Under the pieces are notes generated by a model. The model ran no database searches and was not told where the DNA came from. It saw only the letters and a list, made by a program, of their open reading frames with translations. Shown here piece after piece: positions 1 to 47,237 of a DNA stretch of 64,000 bases (positions within the stretch are counted from its first letter, which is position 1; every line of letters starts with the position of its first letter). Both the position numbers and the translations under genes were made by a program. This DNA comes from Tubiluchus corallicola (lineage: Eukaryota; Animalia; Priapulida): NCBI GenBank assembly GCA_030141605.1, contig JAQGDQ010000356.1, forward strand, positions 48,346-112,345. The letters are read 5' to 3'.

Positions 1-260
1 TGAGTACTGGATGCTGTGAGTACTGGATGCTGAGAGTACTGGATGCTGTGAGTACTGGATGCTGAGAGTACTGGATGCTGTGAGTACTGGATGCTGTGAG
101 TACTGGATGCTGTGAGTACAGGATGCTGTGAGTACTGGATGCTGTGAGTACTGGATGCTGTGAGTACTGGATGCTGTGAGTACTGGATGCTGAGAGTACA
201 GGATGCTGTGAGTACTGGATGCTGAGAGTACTGGATGCTGTGAGTACTGGATGCTGTGAG
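1..260. repeat. 16-bp tandem repeat (tgagtactggatgctg), ~16 copies, truncated by the window edge
   Basis: Direct periodicity. Confidence 0.95.
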
Positions 261-426
261 TGATGTTTGAACATTTGTGTATCTTGCTATCAATTCGTTC
301 AGGGCAGCACTATTCAAAATAGGTCCAATAAGACCTATGACTTTCATGCTTATTTGCAACATGTTAATAATTTGTTAAAGTTAACTTGTCTTTGTTTGAT
401 ACTAGTCTGCAGAACATCTTTACAAA

Positions 427-1129
427 TTAACTCCTTCAAGACGGCACCATTTAAAATGGATCTTATAAGACCTGTGACTTTTCTGTATGAGCACAGACAT
501 AACTAAACGATTACAAATTAGGTATTGTTCTATTCAGGAGAATCTCGGTTATCCTATCGTGCTGTTTGTTTAAGCATTTATGAGTGACTTAATTAAGTAA
601 AATTAAGAAAAACACACCCTTTTCAAGCACCTCAACTTAGCCTATTGAGTAGAGTAGTCTGGTGTACACCTGAGTGATCGTACACACTATTTTATTGATC
701 GCCTGCTTGCTACAGTCCAAACGGTGCAATGTTCTTAAAACCAATCAGCCAAGGATAAGTTAATGTTTTTAACAGGAATTTCCCCTTAAAAAATAGAGTA
801 GACTTGAGGCCAAAGTTTATCAGTGTGTTGTGTCTGGATAGTTGAAATTTTCTGCATTAGCCAATTTCACACAAGTGATACTGTACATTGTTACAGTGTA
901 AACACTGCAGTTACTGAAAGATTTTTCCAATTTTTTCGTCAAAAATTGATTTTTAATTTGTTTAAGGCAAGCAAATGCATTTCATATATAATTTTGTATG
1001 AAATTTTATTGTGTGAGGTGTAGAAACCTACAAAAATTATCACATATAACCTAATTGCAGTTTAGTGAGAGTGGTTTTTCATGAAACCATGCAAAATGCA
1101 GCAAATGCTTACAGTCCTGAAGGAGTTCA
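427..1129. mobile_element. Non-autonomous DNA transposon, TTAA-flanked (piggyBac-like)
   Basis: Termini ttaactccttcaagac ... gtcctgaaggagtt. Second copy at ~31426-32085; inverted partial copy at ~1679-1865. Confidence 0.65.
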
Positions 1130-1313
1130 TTTATGTGTTATATCTATGAATAATCTCAACCCAAATACGGTCAGTATCGCTTATAAAGCACAATAGATGG
1201 CAGTGTGACTCTCTATTACATCTTTTCTTGTCGTTTCTTTAAAATGATTTTCTTTGCCAATAATTTACCGCATCAATGTTTAATGATGATGTATCAGTGT
1301 TTGATTGTCACAG

Positions 1314-35410
<34,097 letters not shown>

Positions 35411-36128
35411 TTCACGTGTTCCGTTATCCTAATTTGCTGATTTATGTGCATAGAAATGTTTATTCTTTAATTGATGTGTTTATTCTATTCTGGTTCTATT
35501 CTTCGCTTAGTATATCACAAAGTGTTTGTTAGATCTTCACTATAGCCAACTGTGCCAATCTTTTAAATACTTTTATGTTTTTGTATGATATTTATTTAAA
35601 CAAACGTATTATACCATCTCATGCTGTGATAAAGTTTGCCGTGTGTAATCTGCAATGTGTTATTCCGTCCAAAATAAATGCATTATTTATGTTAATATTA
35701 CGTTCACCTTCTGTGTTTTCCGTGCGGTTGAAACTTGTTCATAATATCCGTCGTGGCTTGCAAACAGTTCTGGTTTTTCTAGTAGTTTTTTCCGTGCAAA
35801 GTACGATTGTTACTTGGGTAAGTATTTATTTTAGATCATTTTTGCCATACGTAGTAGCAATTTTCAAACAAGTCTCTGATCTGAGTTAAAAACATTTAAG
35901 AAAATTAAATGCCCATTCTTGTGTTTAATCATGGCTACTATAATGTGTAATTCAAATTACAGATATCAATTTTTCTTTGTTTCTGACTACTAGTTACACC
36001 ATGCCTTATACTCTTACATGTAACAACATGTAGATCCTATTTACTTAGATAGCGACAGTGTAAATTCTACTGCTTTCAGGATTTTACTGTTTTTTACACC
36101 CGATGTAAAAGCTCCTTGCAATTAAAGT

Positions 36129-36514
36129 AATAAGCCTTTTCTTAGTCCCAGCGATTGATGATGATCGTGAAAAGGTCAAAGGTTAGGAGTACAAGACAAC
36201 ACATTCATGTACACTTGACAACGTGTCCCAGCCCATGTTGTTGTAATAGTAACAGCTAGCTAGAACCTTTTCTAGTTCATTTTTCTTGTTCCCGAGCAAT
36301 ACCCTGCTAGTAAATCAAGTCTACGTACATACTAATGCATAACTAAGTAACGTCCATGCGAAAACAACTGATGTTACTGAACTGATGCAGCATATGACTT
36401 TGTTTTACCCACATGTTACGTGACGGTTGTAGTTTACACGCTTTGCTATGGTACACTTAACCTTTGACCTAGATCAACTGTGCATGCTTGCAACGAAACT
36501 GTGAAAAGATTATT
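36129..36514 (-). mobile_element. MITE M1 copy 5 (inverted)
   Basis: Homology to the M1 family. Confidence 0.82.
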
Positions 36515-37297
36515 TTTGTTAATCTGGTGTGTTTAGGTACCGGTCCGGTGACCAGTGTAAACACTAGACTTTAATCTCTGCAACAATCTGTATTCAAAGA
36601 ACAGTGGCAGTTTTGACTCTGCACATTTTTGTTGTTTATTAAGAAGCCATATTGTATACACACGCTGTATATTAAAAAGCCAATGCATTACAAAATCTGA
36701 AAGGTAAGTTATGTTATGAAGGCTTACTATGTTTAGGCATTGTTGAAAAATTTCTCCATTAAGAGACTCGTAAATTCTCACTTGTGTGATGTTCTGACTA
36801 TTCTATTTTGACATATTATCTTTCGAAAGTAAAAACTGGCTTGCTCTTTCAAATGCCCAATGGCTTGCTCTTTCGAGTGCCTGATGGCTTGCTTGATGCA
36901 AAAGACTCGTTATTGACATAATTAACTGTTATGGCAGCTGCGTTTAACACGTCTTGAATATGCTTTGTATTTGTATCATGGTTTCACGGCTAACGTTTTG
37001 TTTGTATATTTACTGCACTGTGTATCAATGCAACACTATATATGGACATGTATGATGTAATATCGACTGTCCATTGTCTGCGGCAGTTTTGAATTTGTTT
37101 GTCCAGTATAGCCGCTCGGTAGCGACCAATAGACACGTCTATTTCACTGTTCCGTTTGTGCTGCGAATGATAAACGTTCAAACGTCTTATTGTGAATTGT
37201 ACTTGTGAATTGATCCAGCATACAAGCTCGATAAACTACATCACATATTTACACACCTGCTTCTTGAATCATTTTCAATGCTGCCGATATAATAGAA

Positions 37298-40200
37298 ATG
37301 AAAAGAATAGCAACTGTTTTCAGTGCATGTTGTGTGAAGCATACGTGTAAGATGGAGCGGATTTTTACTATAAACCAAGAAGCTATAAGAAAATTTGTAC
37401 CTAAACAGGATGATAAGAATCAGAAAGTATCTCACATCTTAACGCCCGTTTTCTTTGCCGCAAAACTCACAGGTCTGTTGCCGCTTAAGCGTAATGCTCG
37501 TACGCATGTTTACGAGGCAAAAAAATGTAGTGCTGTTTTTATTTACTCCGTAACCATGGTGATATTTTATTGTTTCAGCACGACAAGATATTTGTACAGC
37601 ATGATTCGCTTTCCGTCTCACGTAACGATACCGGTGTTTTCCGGATTCATTTTGATGCAGTTAAGCATCGCTACGATAGCGCTGATAAATGTGTGGTCGG
37701 CGAGTCGTTACCCGCGGTTACTCAAGTTCTGGGACGAAATCACTAGTATTGATTGGAATGAAGCAAGGAAACTTAGAAAAAAATTAACCTCGATGGTATC
37801 GGCGGCATTTTCGTTGGTGATCATCGTGATTTTTGCTCTTTTTCTGTTTGGTATTTTTATGCAAGACGTGTTTATGTTGGCACCATGGAATGAAATGTTC
37901 AATCTTGATTATCGTAACGTCACGTTTGGAGTTTTTGCTTATTCAATTGTGAATATGGGACACATTTGGTCGGGATCTTGCTATTTCATTAATATCATCT
38001 GTTTCGTATCTTACTGCACGGTAAGTGATTAAGTTTTCTTTTTCTTGGAATTTTCTTCTTGTTGTTTATCTTTTATATTAAATCATTGAATTCTTTCTTA
38101 ACACTCATAGTTTACACAGTAGCAGGGATGAGAATTTTCCGCAGATACGAGTTTTTCGAGTTTTTGGAAGACCAGTAGTGCCATTTTTGTAAATCTCGTA
38201 AATTTGTTGAGAAAATTTTTACGGACCCAGTACATTATCTCACAAGCAGGCCGCTAGTTGGCAGGCCGTCACTTTGTTTACATCACGTACATCAGTGTAA
38301 CCATGTGTATATCTCTATGTATAAAAATATAGAATCAATTGTGAGGAGTTATTTGAGTCAATTGCAGACAGTTTTTATATACTTTTGCGTAGGAGTGGCC
38401 AGTACTTAGGCGTTTTTGAAACAATTAGGTATCATGTATCCTTGATAGTTGGGCATTTTAAATTATGCATGAAACAAGGTAACTGATATTTTGAGTCCAC
38501 TTAGAGGCTCTCTATGGTCACAAAATTGCAATTTGTTACTGGCTCGAAGGGGACTTCACCCCCCTTGAACCCCATTGGGGGAGGCCCCAAACCTCCCGGC
38601 CCGTTTCAGAGTTTTTTGCAATTTGTCATTCTCATCCCTGCAGTAGGCAGCGCTTAATAGACTCACTTTGGGATGGAAGTATTTTGATCCGATTAACCAA
38701 CTGAATCTATTAGCCGACGGATGTTGTGTCACTAATCCAGACATATGAGTCGTTGCTGTTCAGTTTAGTAAAGCACTGCAAAGATTGTGAGAACTTGAAA
38801 TGTTAAGTGTTTATGCTTATGCTCTACTTTTATGCTTATGCTCTACTTTTATGCTTATGCTCTACTTTTATGCTTATGCTCTACTTTTATGCTTGTGCTC
38901 TACTTTTATGCTTATGCTCTACTTTTATGCTTATGCTCTACTTTTATGCTTATGCTCTACTTTTATGCTTATGCTCTACTTTTATGCTTGTGCTCTACTT
39001 TTATGCTTATGCTCTACTTTTATGCTTATGCTCTACTTTTATGTTTGTGCTCTACTTTTATGCTTATGCTCTACTTTTATGCTTATGCTCTACTTTTATG
39101 CTTATGCTCTACTTTTATGCTTATGCTCTACTTTTATGCTTGTGCTCTACTTTTATGCTTGTGCTCTACTTTTATGCTTATGCTCTACTTTTATGCTTAT
39201 GCTCTACTTTTATGCTTGTGCTCTACTTTTATGCTTATGCTCTACTTTTATGCTTATGCTCTACTTTTATGCTTATGCTCTACTTTTATGCTTATGCTCT
39301 ACTTTTATGCTTATGCTCTACTGTTTATGCTTATGCTCTAAAAATACAAAAAAACTATTTATAGTTTCAAAAAGTACTTGAAAAGGACCATTTTTTATTC
39401 ATACGTATAATACAAGTTCAATGCTTCCATGTCTCATGCAGTCGCAATATATGGCCTCCAATCAATTATAATGCTATTTTACTATACCTCTATGTAAATT
39501 CAACATACACTGTGGTCGTTTTTTCTCCTCTTTTCCATCTTCCTATCCCTAATCTTACTATTTTTTTCCATTCCATCATGTCTACTAACCCTAACCATTC
39601 TTTCATTCACTCATCCTCTCCTCTCTTCCTTCTTCCTATCCCTAATCTTCCTATTTTTCCATTCCATCATTTCTTCTCACCCTAACCATTCTTTCATTCA
39701 CTCATTTGTGCCACCTTAACAAGCCAATCTTTCAAGGTGTCTTACAGCAACTCTTTTATTTGATTAATTGACTTCAGCAACGTTTTTTTACCTATACCAT
39801 TTCTTTTTGTTTCAATAATATTGTATGTTGATGTATTGTATATGTATTGCTGGAGTTAAATAAATTGATTGATTGATTGATTGACTTTTCAAAATGAACC
39901 CTATACTCTTTGTTGCTCTACGATGTTTACGCTCATAAAGTCACAAAGATTTCTGCTGCTGTAACAATGGCATAACAGCTCAAGTTTACTGATTAACTTA
40001 ACTATTGCGATATGCAACAAGAGCTTCATTAAGAAACTGCTAGGCTAGTGATTAAAAGTTTAACTACCATAAATACTTGCACAACCAGGTTAATTACAGC
40101 AGACGAACCAGTGACAGATTCAAAGCAAAAATGATACGCCAGCATATTAGCGTATGACAAATGTACTGATCCTGCGTACAAACAAAATAGTTCTTAATAT

Positions 40201-41617
40201 GATTGTTTCTATGTATATTATAATTCACAAAGATGACATAAAAGTAGTAAAACCTCTTTGATCAGGCACAAGTGTATTATTTTTTAAAAGTATCTAATGG
40301 AAAAATGTTCAGTAAGTTATGCGGAGATATTTGAGACAGTTCGGCGACTGATTCTATTAACTGTGAGTCTAATAAACAGCGTCTACTCTATTAAGCAATC
40401 AGATGTTTTATGATTAACCCAAGATGACATAGCACAGCCTATTTAGCTATGACATTTATAATTTTCAGGTTGCTTGTGTAGAGTTTGACATCATCAATGA
40501 AAAGCTAAAAGATGTAGTAGCCAATGAGGGAAAAGATTTAAGAACACTTAGACTACAGCACAATAGGTAACGTTTGATTTTGCTTTTGTTTCTTAGATAG
40601 ATTTTATATGAAACCCTGCACACGGTGAAACCGGCCGCTAAATGAGTTACTGATTACAAAAGCAGTAATTGTTCACCACTAGGTAGCTCTTGTGGTGGCT
40701 GAGAACACTGCCTGGGCTGTTGTGTTATGCATCAGGGATGACCATCACCCCTACAGAATATTTTTGCGTTAATTAAGTTTAAATTAAATTAACCACATTT
40801 CATTCGACATCAGAAACATTCATTATTTATTTATCCCAGCATGAGTAGCAAGATTTTATAATGTCACACTAAAACCTAAAACCACTTTAGTTGTAAACAA
40901 TCTAGATACTAGAAACTTATGAAACTTATCGTGCATTTTGTACCAGCTGATACAAGCTATTTAGTGCTGTTGACTGTTGCACTGACCACTCCTTACTTCT
41001 TTAAGTGAGATTTATGTAAAAAGTGGCTAACAGTAAGCCTTTTCACAGTTTTGTTGAGCACACGATCAGTTGCTGTTGGTCAAAGGTTAAGTGTTCCACA
41101 GCAACACATCTTAACTACATCCGTCACATGACATGTGGGTAAAGCAAAGCCATCTGTCGTGTCAGTTTGGTAACTTCAGTTATTTCAACTGGACTTTACT
41201 TGATTATGCATTAGTCTGTGCGTAGAGTGACAAGTGTACACAAATGTGTTAACTGGTACACTTAACCTTTGACCTTTTCACGATCATCATCAATTGTTAG
41301 AACTGTGAGAAGGCTTATTATACCCAAGTGCATATAGTTCTGAGTTAGAATCAACAGGACAGCAGGTTCTTATGACTTGATGTTAATTTTTCAGATTGTA
41401 TCAGCTGATTGGCATGTTAGACGGAGTGTCTAAATACATGCTGCTAACTAATTTTAGTTTTGCGTTCATTTCCATTTGCTTCTGTGCATACCTCATCATA
41501 TTCGACGCCATGTTGAATCTACCACCGTATGCAACGCCTTTCTGTGCCGGTTTCATACTCCTGAAGATAATTGCTCTGGTCTCGTTGACAACTTACGCAG
41601 CAAAGGTTAACACTAAG
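37298..41617 (+). CDS. Gustatory-receptor-like (7tm_7) N-terminal cassette A; exons 37298-38020, 40469-40566, 41395-41617; predicted to splice to 49148
   Basis: Multi-TM ORF with a GR-like N-terminus (PVFFAAKLTGLLP), LRLQHNRLYQLI helix before the later TM segments, intron phases 0 and 2, ending AAKVNTK|gt at phase 0. Start codon uncertain (37298 or 37352). Confidence 0.8.
38123..38640. mobile_element. MITE with CAGGGATGAGAAT TIR and cagtag direct repeat flanks
   Basis: cagtag-CAGGGATGAGAAT ... ATTCTCATCCCTG-cagtag; contains a fragment of the 21066 element. Confidence 0.7.
38810..39340. repeat. 19-bp tandem array (ttatgcttatgctctactt), ~27 units
   Basis: Direct periodicity. Confidence 0.96.
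41034..41319 (+). mobile_element. MITE M1 copy 6 (internal deletion)
   Basis: Both TIRs are present; the central ~100 bp is missing. Confidence 0.8.
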
Positions 41618-41651
41618 GTGACGTAATTAATCTTCGTATATCAGGCAGTCA

Positions 41652-42729
41652 TAGGGTTGCCACCCCGTTATGAACCAAAGTCATCAGTCAAAAGCTCGGT
41701 AGGAGCCTGCAAGCTCCCCCATTGAGCCCCAGGATCGAGCCCCGAAAGCCAAGCATTTTAGATGTTTCGTGGGGTCTTTTTCAGAAACTAAAATGAAAAA
41801 ATTCAAACTACAAAGTAGTAAAATTATTGATTTTAAACTCCAGAAATCGCTAAAATTCTAAAACTTACAAAAGTTCAAGCAGTCTACATCAATTTCTGGA
41901 GTTTCTTCCCAGTCACATTTCTCACGTTTGCTGAGGATTCTGGGATTGGGTTTAGTCATGAAATTATTAAACACTTTATGTTATGTGAATTAAAGCAGAA
42001 GAATACTTGATTTGCAGCATTTCAACAAAAACTGATGAAAAATGTAGAGGGCATGAAATGATGAAGCCATGCTATCGATTAAAGTTAATTTAATAAGTTT
42101 ACTGTCACCTTAATTAACAGAAACTCAGCTGCTTTTTGGCTTAATCTTTTGCAAAGTGTCAATATCATGTAACTTGTATTTCTGCTTAAATTTCAATGTG
42201 ATGGTCAAAATCATGAGATTTCATAATTTTTCAAATGTCCAACCGTACTACGAATCTATGACTGAATTTTACGAGACTCTGTTCCAAATCAGGCATGATG
42301 GCAACCCTAGACTCTGGGCCAAATCAGGTGTGGCGGCAACCCTACACTCTGGGCCAAATCAGGTGTGGTGTCAACCCTAGTCTCTGGGCCAAATCAGGTG
42401 TGGTGTCAACCCTAGTCTCTGGGCCAAATCAGGTGTGGTGTCAACCCTAGTCTCTGGGCCAAATCAGGTGTGGTGTCAACCCTAGTCTCTGGGCCAAATC
42501 AGGTGTGGTGTCAACCCTAGTCTCTGGGCCAAATCAGGTGTGGTGTCAACCCTAGTCTCTGGGCCAAATCAGGTGTGGTGTCAACCCTAGTCTCTGGGCC
42601 AAATCGGGCATGGTGACAACCCTAGTCTCTGGGCCAAATCGGGCATGGTGACAACCCTAGTCTCTGGGCCAAATCAGGCGTGGTGGCAACCCTAGTCTCT
42701 GGGCCAAATCAGGTATGGTGGCAACCCTG
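41652..42729. mobile_element. hAT-like element (TAGGGTTGCCA TIR) whose right end is tandemly amplified
   Basis: tagggttgccaccc at 41652; the 35-bp unit ctctgggccaaatcaggtgtggtg[t/g]caaccctagt occurs ~12 times at ~42290-42729. Confidence 0.65.
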
Positions 42730-43738
42730 TACAGTTATTATACTGACACGAGTTGGAATGTGTGTACATCATCTTGCAAGTAGAATTTTCATTATTCTTT
42801 TATGTTACTATTGTTCAGTTGTATTAGTCAAAGAAAAATTCTTACAGTTTCATGTTGATCAAAAGATGAAAAAGTGAAAAACTAGGACGGAATGTAGATT
42901 TGAACTAGGAACCTTTAGTTTGCAACCTCAATGCTTTTACCTTCAAACCACCCAAGTACTTTATTTTCAAAGCAGGTCTTAATCCTAGTATCTACCAACA
43001 TTTTCAGCAATTTTGAATCTCATTAGAATAGATTATTTCTTTACTTGGGCAGTTAGGTCAAAAATTGCACAGAAAGACAGACAATTACAAAAAAAAACAT
43101 TTACAAATCTGGGAAATGAAATAACACAGATCTGCAGAGACAGGAGAAATTCCAAGATGCAATTTTGCTAGTGGTCATCTATCCAATTTTTGATCAGGCT
43201 TGGGGTTGCACAACTTTGGTTGTAAAACAAACTCATCAGTTAATATATTTTGAGCTCCTTTGTTTGTGATGTTATAAAGATTGGTTAACCAGTTAAAAAT
43301 AATAATCGTTTAATTTCTGTTTAATAGGCGCCAGCACTAGAAACAAGGTAAAATATCACACCTCAGTAACTTTGTGTTGTGTTCTATTTCTTGTTTACCT
43401 TTCACTTATAATGGCCTTTCTCTAATGTTTATATTCCATTAGTATAGTAAACAAATGAACAGACATTAAGCTACTAATATGTGGTTTCAGTCTGTTGTTT
43501 TTGGCAAGTTACGAACCTGGTGGTTTAGTTCTTGTACTGATTATTATCCTATATAGTAAAAACTGCATACAGGGGGAAGTGAACTAGTGGATAGTGTGCT
43601 TGGCATGTGGTTTTATGTTCTGATGGATTTTGATTATTTTAAGGCTTGACATTGTTTTAGCAATTGTCAGAAGTCAAACTCATCCCGTGTGCTGTTACCT
43701 GAAATACTCAATTCTGATCACACAGACGTTATTTTACT

Positions 43739-44890
43739 ATGAGAATACAACAACAGGATAGAAAGGCTGATCACGATTTTCCGGATGAAGAATCTCAGTT
43801 TGAAAAGACAAATGTCTATAACGTTTTGCGTCCACTGTTCTTTATATGCAGTTTCTTTGGGTTACTGCATTTACGCTACGATGTTTGCAGTCGGCAGCTT
43901 CACGTCGCAAATGGCAAATCTTATTTTTACTGCCTTTTCGTCATGGCTGTTTATTTATTCAGTTTGGTACGGTTTATTTGGGGCTTAGTGGAAATGCAAT
44001 TTCAGCTTAAAGGAGGGAATCATACTGTGCAAGAAACAGAAAGTGAAGGTTTCACCATCGTTTACGTGTCTTTTCTCTTATTACAATCTCACGTGCTTCT
44101 ACTTGCTTATTGTAGCATGAGTACCAACCATCTCTTCCCGGAGATCATTCACACGTGGAACGACTTGACTAACATATCCGCAGAACGAGGTCGACACTTG
44201 AGAAAGCTCGTGTTTGTGATCACCGTTATTCTTTGCTTGGGTGTTCTTGTGGTGAGTTTGGTGATCTACATCCCGGGCTGGTATAATGATACTGTTCTTA
44301 AAGCACCACATTCGTATTTCTTCTTCTACTATTACGATACTTCCTGGTGTATGATTCTGTACACTGTGAGTGTAGTCATCTACACCTGGCAGCTTGGAAC
44401 TTCTACTTTCTTTAGTGCTCTCTTTGTTTGCTCTTGTAGAATTCTAGCCGTAGAGTTTCGGCTACACAATTCCTGCCTCTCAGCAGTTGTTGATTCGCTG
44501 TCAAACCGGACACGCTGTTCCGATACGTTGGCCATGTACGAGACATGTTTTTATTTACCCGCTTTAGAATCCAATTCCGTTACTTACGAGAAATACAAGG
44601 TTTATGATGGACATTTGAAGACCGAGTCGCTACCAAGCTTTCGCAGCATCCGTCTGCATCACGATCGTCTCTGTCAGCTTTTAAGCAGTTTGGACAACAT
44701 CTTCAGTGGAATGCTTTTCTCTCATTTTGCTTTTGGCATGCTTATCATTCTCTTTTGCTTCTATTTTATCATCTTTGAAAGAGAATTGTCTCTTCCGGAT
44801 TTCGTATCATACATTGCCGTGTTTCTAGTTGTTCTTGATGCACTGGTTTTAAGCTTCGGTTCACACAATGCTACTGTCGTTTCAAAACTG
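43739..44890 (+). CDS. Gustatory-receptor-like N-terminal cassette B (single 384-codon exon), predicted to splice to 49148
   Basis: Long hydrophobic ORF (RPLFFICSFFGLL, IRLHHDRLCQLL); phase-0 donor AAACTG|gtgagt at 44890/44891; lacks TM7 on its own. Confidence 0.82.
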
Positions 44891-44916
44891 GTGAGTGCGA
44901 AACTTAAGTATATGTC

Positions 44917-45313
44917 AATAAGCCTTTTCACAGTTCCAGCGATTGATGATGATTGTGAAAAAATCAAAGGTTAAGTGTACCAGACAACGTCTCGCAGCCC
45001 ATGCTGTTGTAATAGTAACAGTTGTAACAACTAGCTAGAACCTTACCTAGTTTATTTATTTTTTGTTCTCAGGCGTGATCATGCTAGTAAATCATTCTAC
45101 GCACAGACTAATGCATAACTAAGTAAAATTCATGTAAAACAACTGAAGTTACTGGACTGATGCAGCAGACAGCTTTGCTTTACACACATGTCACGTGGGG
45201 GTTGTAGTTAAGATGCCATGCTGTCGTAGTCTAAGATGCCATGCTGTGGTACTCTTAACCTGTGACCTACATCAACTGCACATGCGCTCCGTGAAACTGT
45301 GAAAAGGCTTATT
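44917..45313 (-). mobile_element. MITE M1 copy 7 (inverted), ~26 bp after the cassette B donor
   Basis: aataagccttttcacagtt ... aactgtgaaaaggcttatt. Confidence 0.88.
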
Positions 45314-46181
45314 AGTAATAGCCTTGATCGAGTTAAATGTCATTTTGTGAGTAGATATTAGCAATGCGAGTCATGTAAGTAGAATTGCAGTGGTCTGATT
45401 GAAGACTGTGAAGTTTAAATGTGTTTAGCTAAAGAGGATTAGAAGCAAGGGGAGTAATAATCCTGTTGTACCTTACAACTGCAGTTAAGCATAACCAAGC
45501 CTGGCCAGTTATTGGGTGGGTAAGCACCCATGAAAATTAATTCTGTTCCGTTTCTTCTGCTACATGGAATGTCCCCATTAATCACCTTATTGGAGAATGG
45601 CGTGTACAAGTCCAAACAGTGGTTAATTCATCTCTGTCTAGTGTCCCATCTTAGATGATTGTCTGTGATAATGAGTTAAGTGCTGCACCTGTTACAACTA
45701 TCTGCATTAACTAATACACTGCATGCCATGAAATGCTTGATTACAGCTTGCAGTGTACACAGCTGTCCAAGCAGTATGTATGTGTGTGTGTGAAGGTCTA
45801 CTAATCCAATCACAAGTAAATGTATGCAATTACACAAATAAAGCTTTGGCTACAATTTTATCACATGAAATGTTTGCATTGTTGACAGTTTATCTAATGT
45901 GTTTATTGCAGCTGTAATGACAATAGCACCAACATCATATACAATGTCAGCAAATGGAGGCAAATGCTCTCAAATCAATAATCCTTTTGGCTTCCAGTTT
46001 TCACTAATGCTTCTGTATAATTAGCTGCCTTGCCAGGTTTCTCATCACAACAGTCTAAGTCAGTCCAGCGAGATGCTTGTTGAATCATCCTATGATGATT
46101 GTCTCGCATTCAAATTTGAATTTCAATTATAATCTGTTATAGCTTAGCTGTTAAGTAGAGGATTTTTCTCGTACATCGACA

Positions 46182-47237
46182 ATGTTCAAATCATGTAACT
46201 CTGTGAGCACCGTGTGTACACTTACCAAGGATACCACTTCCGGCAAAATCCATGCCACTGAAGAAGCGGATGATATGGAAAATGTTGAGATTACCGATAT
46301 TTATAATATAATAATTGGCTGTGGAAAGTGTTTTGGGCTGTTTCCTTTAACCAGGGATAAGAATACCAACAAGTACTTTTACAAGAGGTGGTCGTTTGCT
46401 TGGGTCTACAGCCTTGCAGTGTTTCTATTGTCTTTGTTTCATCTTGCACACTATGTGCACGCCGCATTGCTGACTCGGTTGCCAAACTACGCTGCTCTTT
46501 GCAGTGTGTTCCTCTTCTTACAAATTCACATTGTGATCAGTGTCACGGTGACTTTTATAAATGGAAGACACATCCCTGGAATTCTGAGCGAATGGGAGAA
46601 GGCCTCGTTGTTGCCAAAGCCTAAGCTGAGAAAACTGAAGAGGCATTTTGTGTTTGGTTTTGCTATAGTGTCGACTGGAACACTTGTGTTTTACTTAAGT
46701 TTATTCTACTCCTCGCTTACGTCTACTGTGGTGAGAATGAGTCCAATGCACTTTGTATTTTTCTCCAGTGACGAAGAATTTACTTCTTTTCAGCAAAATT
46801 CAACGAATTACCTTCGCTCCACGATTTTCTCTGCTACCGTTTCCCTATTGCGGGTATATTCCTTTGCCGGAGAGTTGATTACCGTTCTATTGTTCCATGT
46901 ATCGTGCTGTATCATTGTAAAAGAATTCCATACTTGTACTAGCAACATGGAAGATGACATCGGGCATAACGTGTTTAGAATCTGCAAATGGAGACTGTCT
47001 CACTTACGATTGTGTCACGTTCTTGAACAGCTGAACGGTTTGTTTTGCTGGTACCTGTTGACCACTTACGTAATTATACTTTTCGGTTTGATCTCTTCAT
47101 GTTACTTCATAATATTTCGACCAGAAGTTGGCTACAAATATGATCATTCAATATTTATCACAGCTGTAACTCTGGTTGTTCTACTTGCTGTTTTGTTTGT
47201 GTTTACAACGAAGTCTGCATCACAAGTATCACAGCAG
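46182..47237 (+). CDS. Gustatory-receptor-like N-terminal cassette C (single 352-codon exon), predicted to splice to 49148
   Basis: Hydrophobic ORF (GKCFGLFP, WRLSHLRLCHVLEQLN); phase-0 donor CAGCAG|gtaatg at 47237/47238. Confidence 0.85.

Noticed and set aside
38800-39381. Hydrophobic ORFs inside the GR locus
   Set aside because: 19-bp minisatellite open in all three frames; lies in intron 1 of cassette A.
39580-39690. ctaaccctaacc telomere-like words
   Set aside because: Only 1-2 units inside a short local duplication; not a telomeric array.
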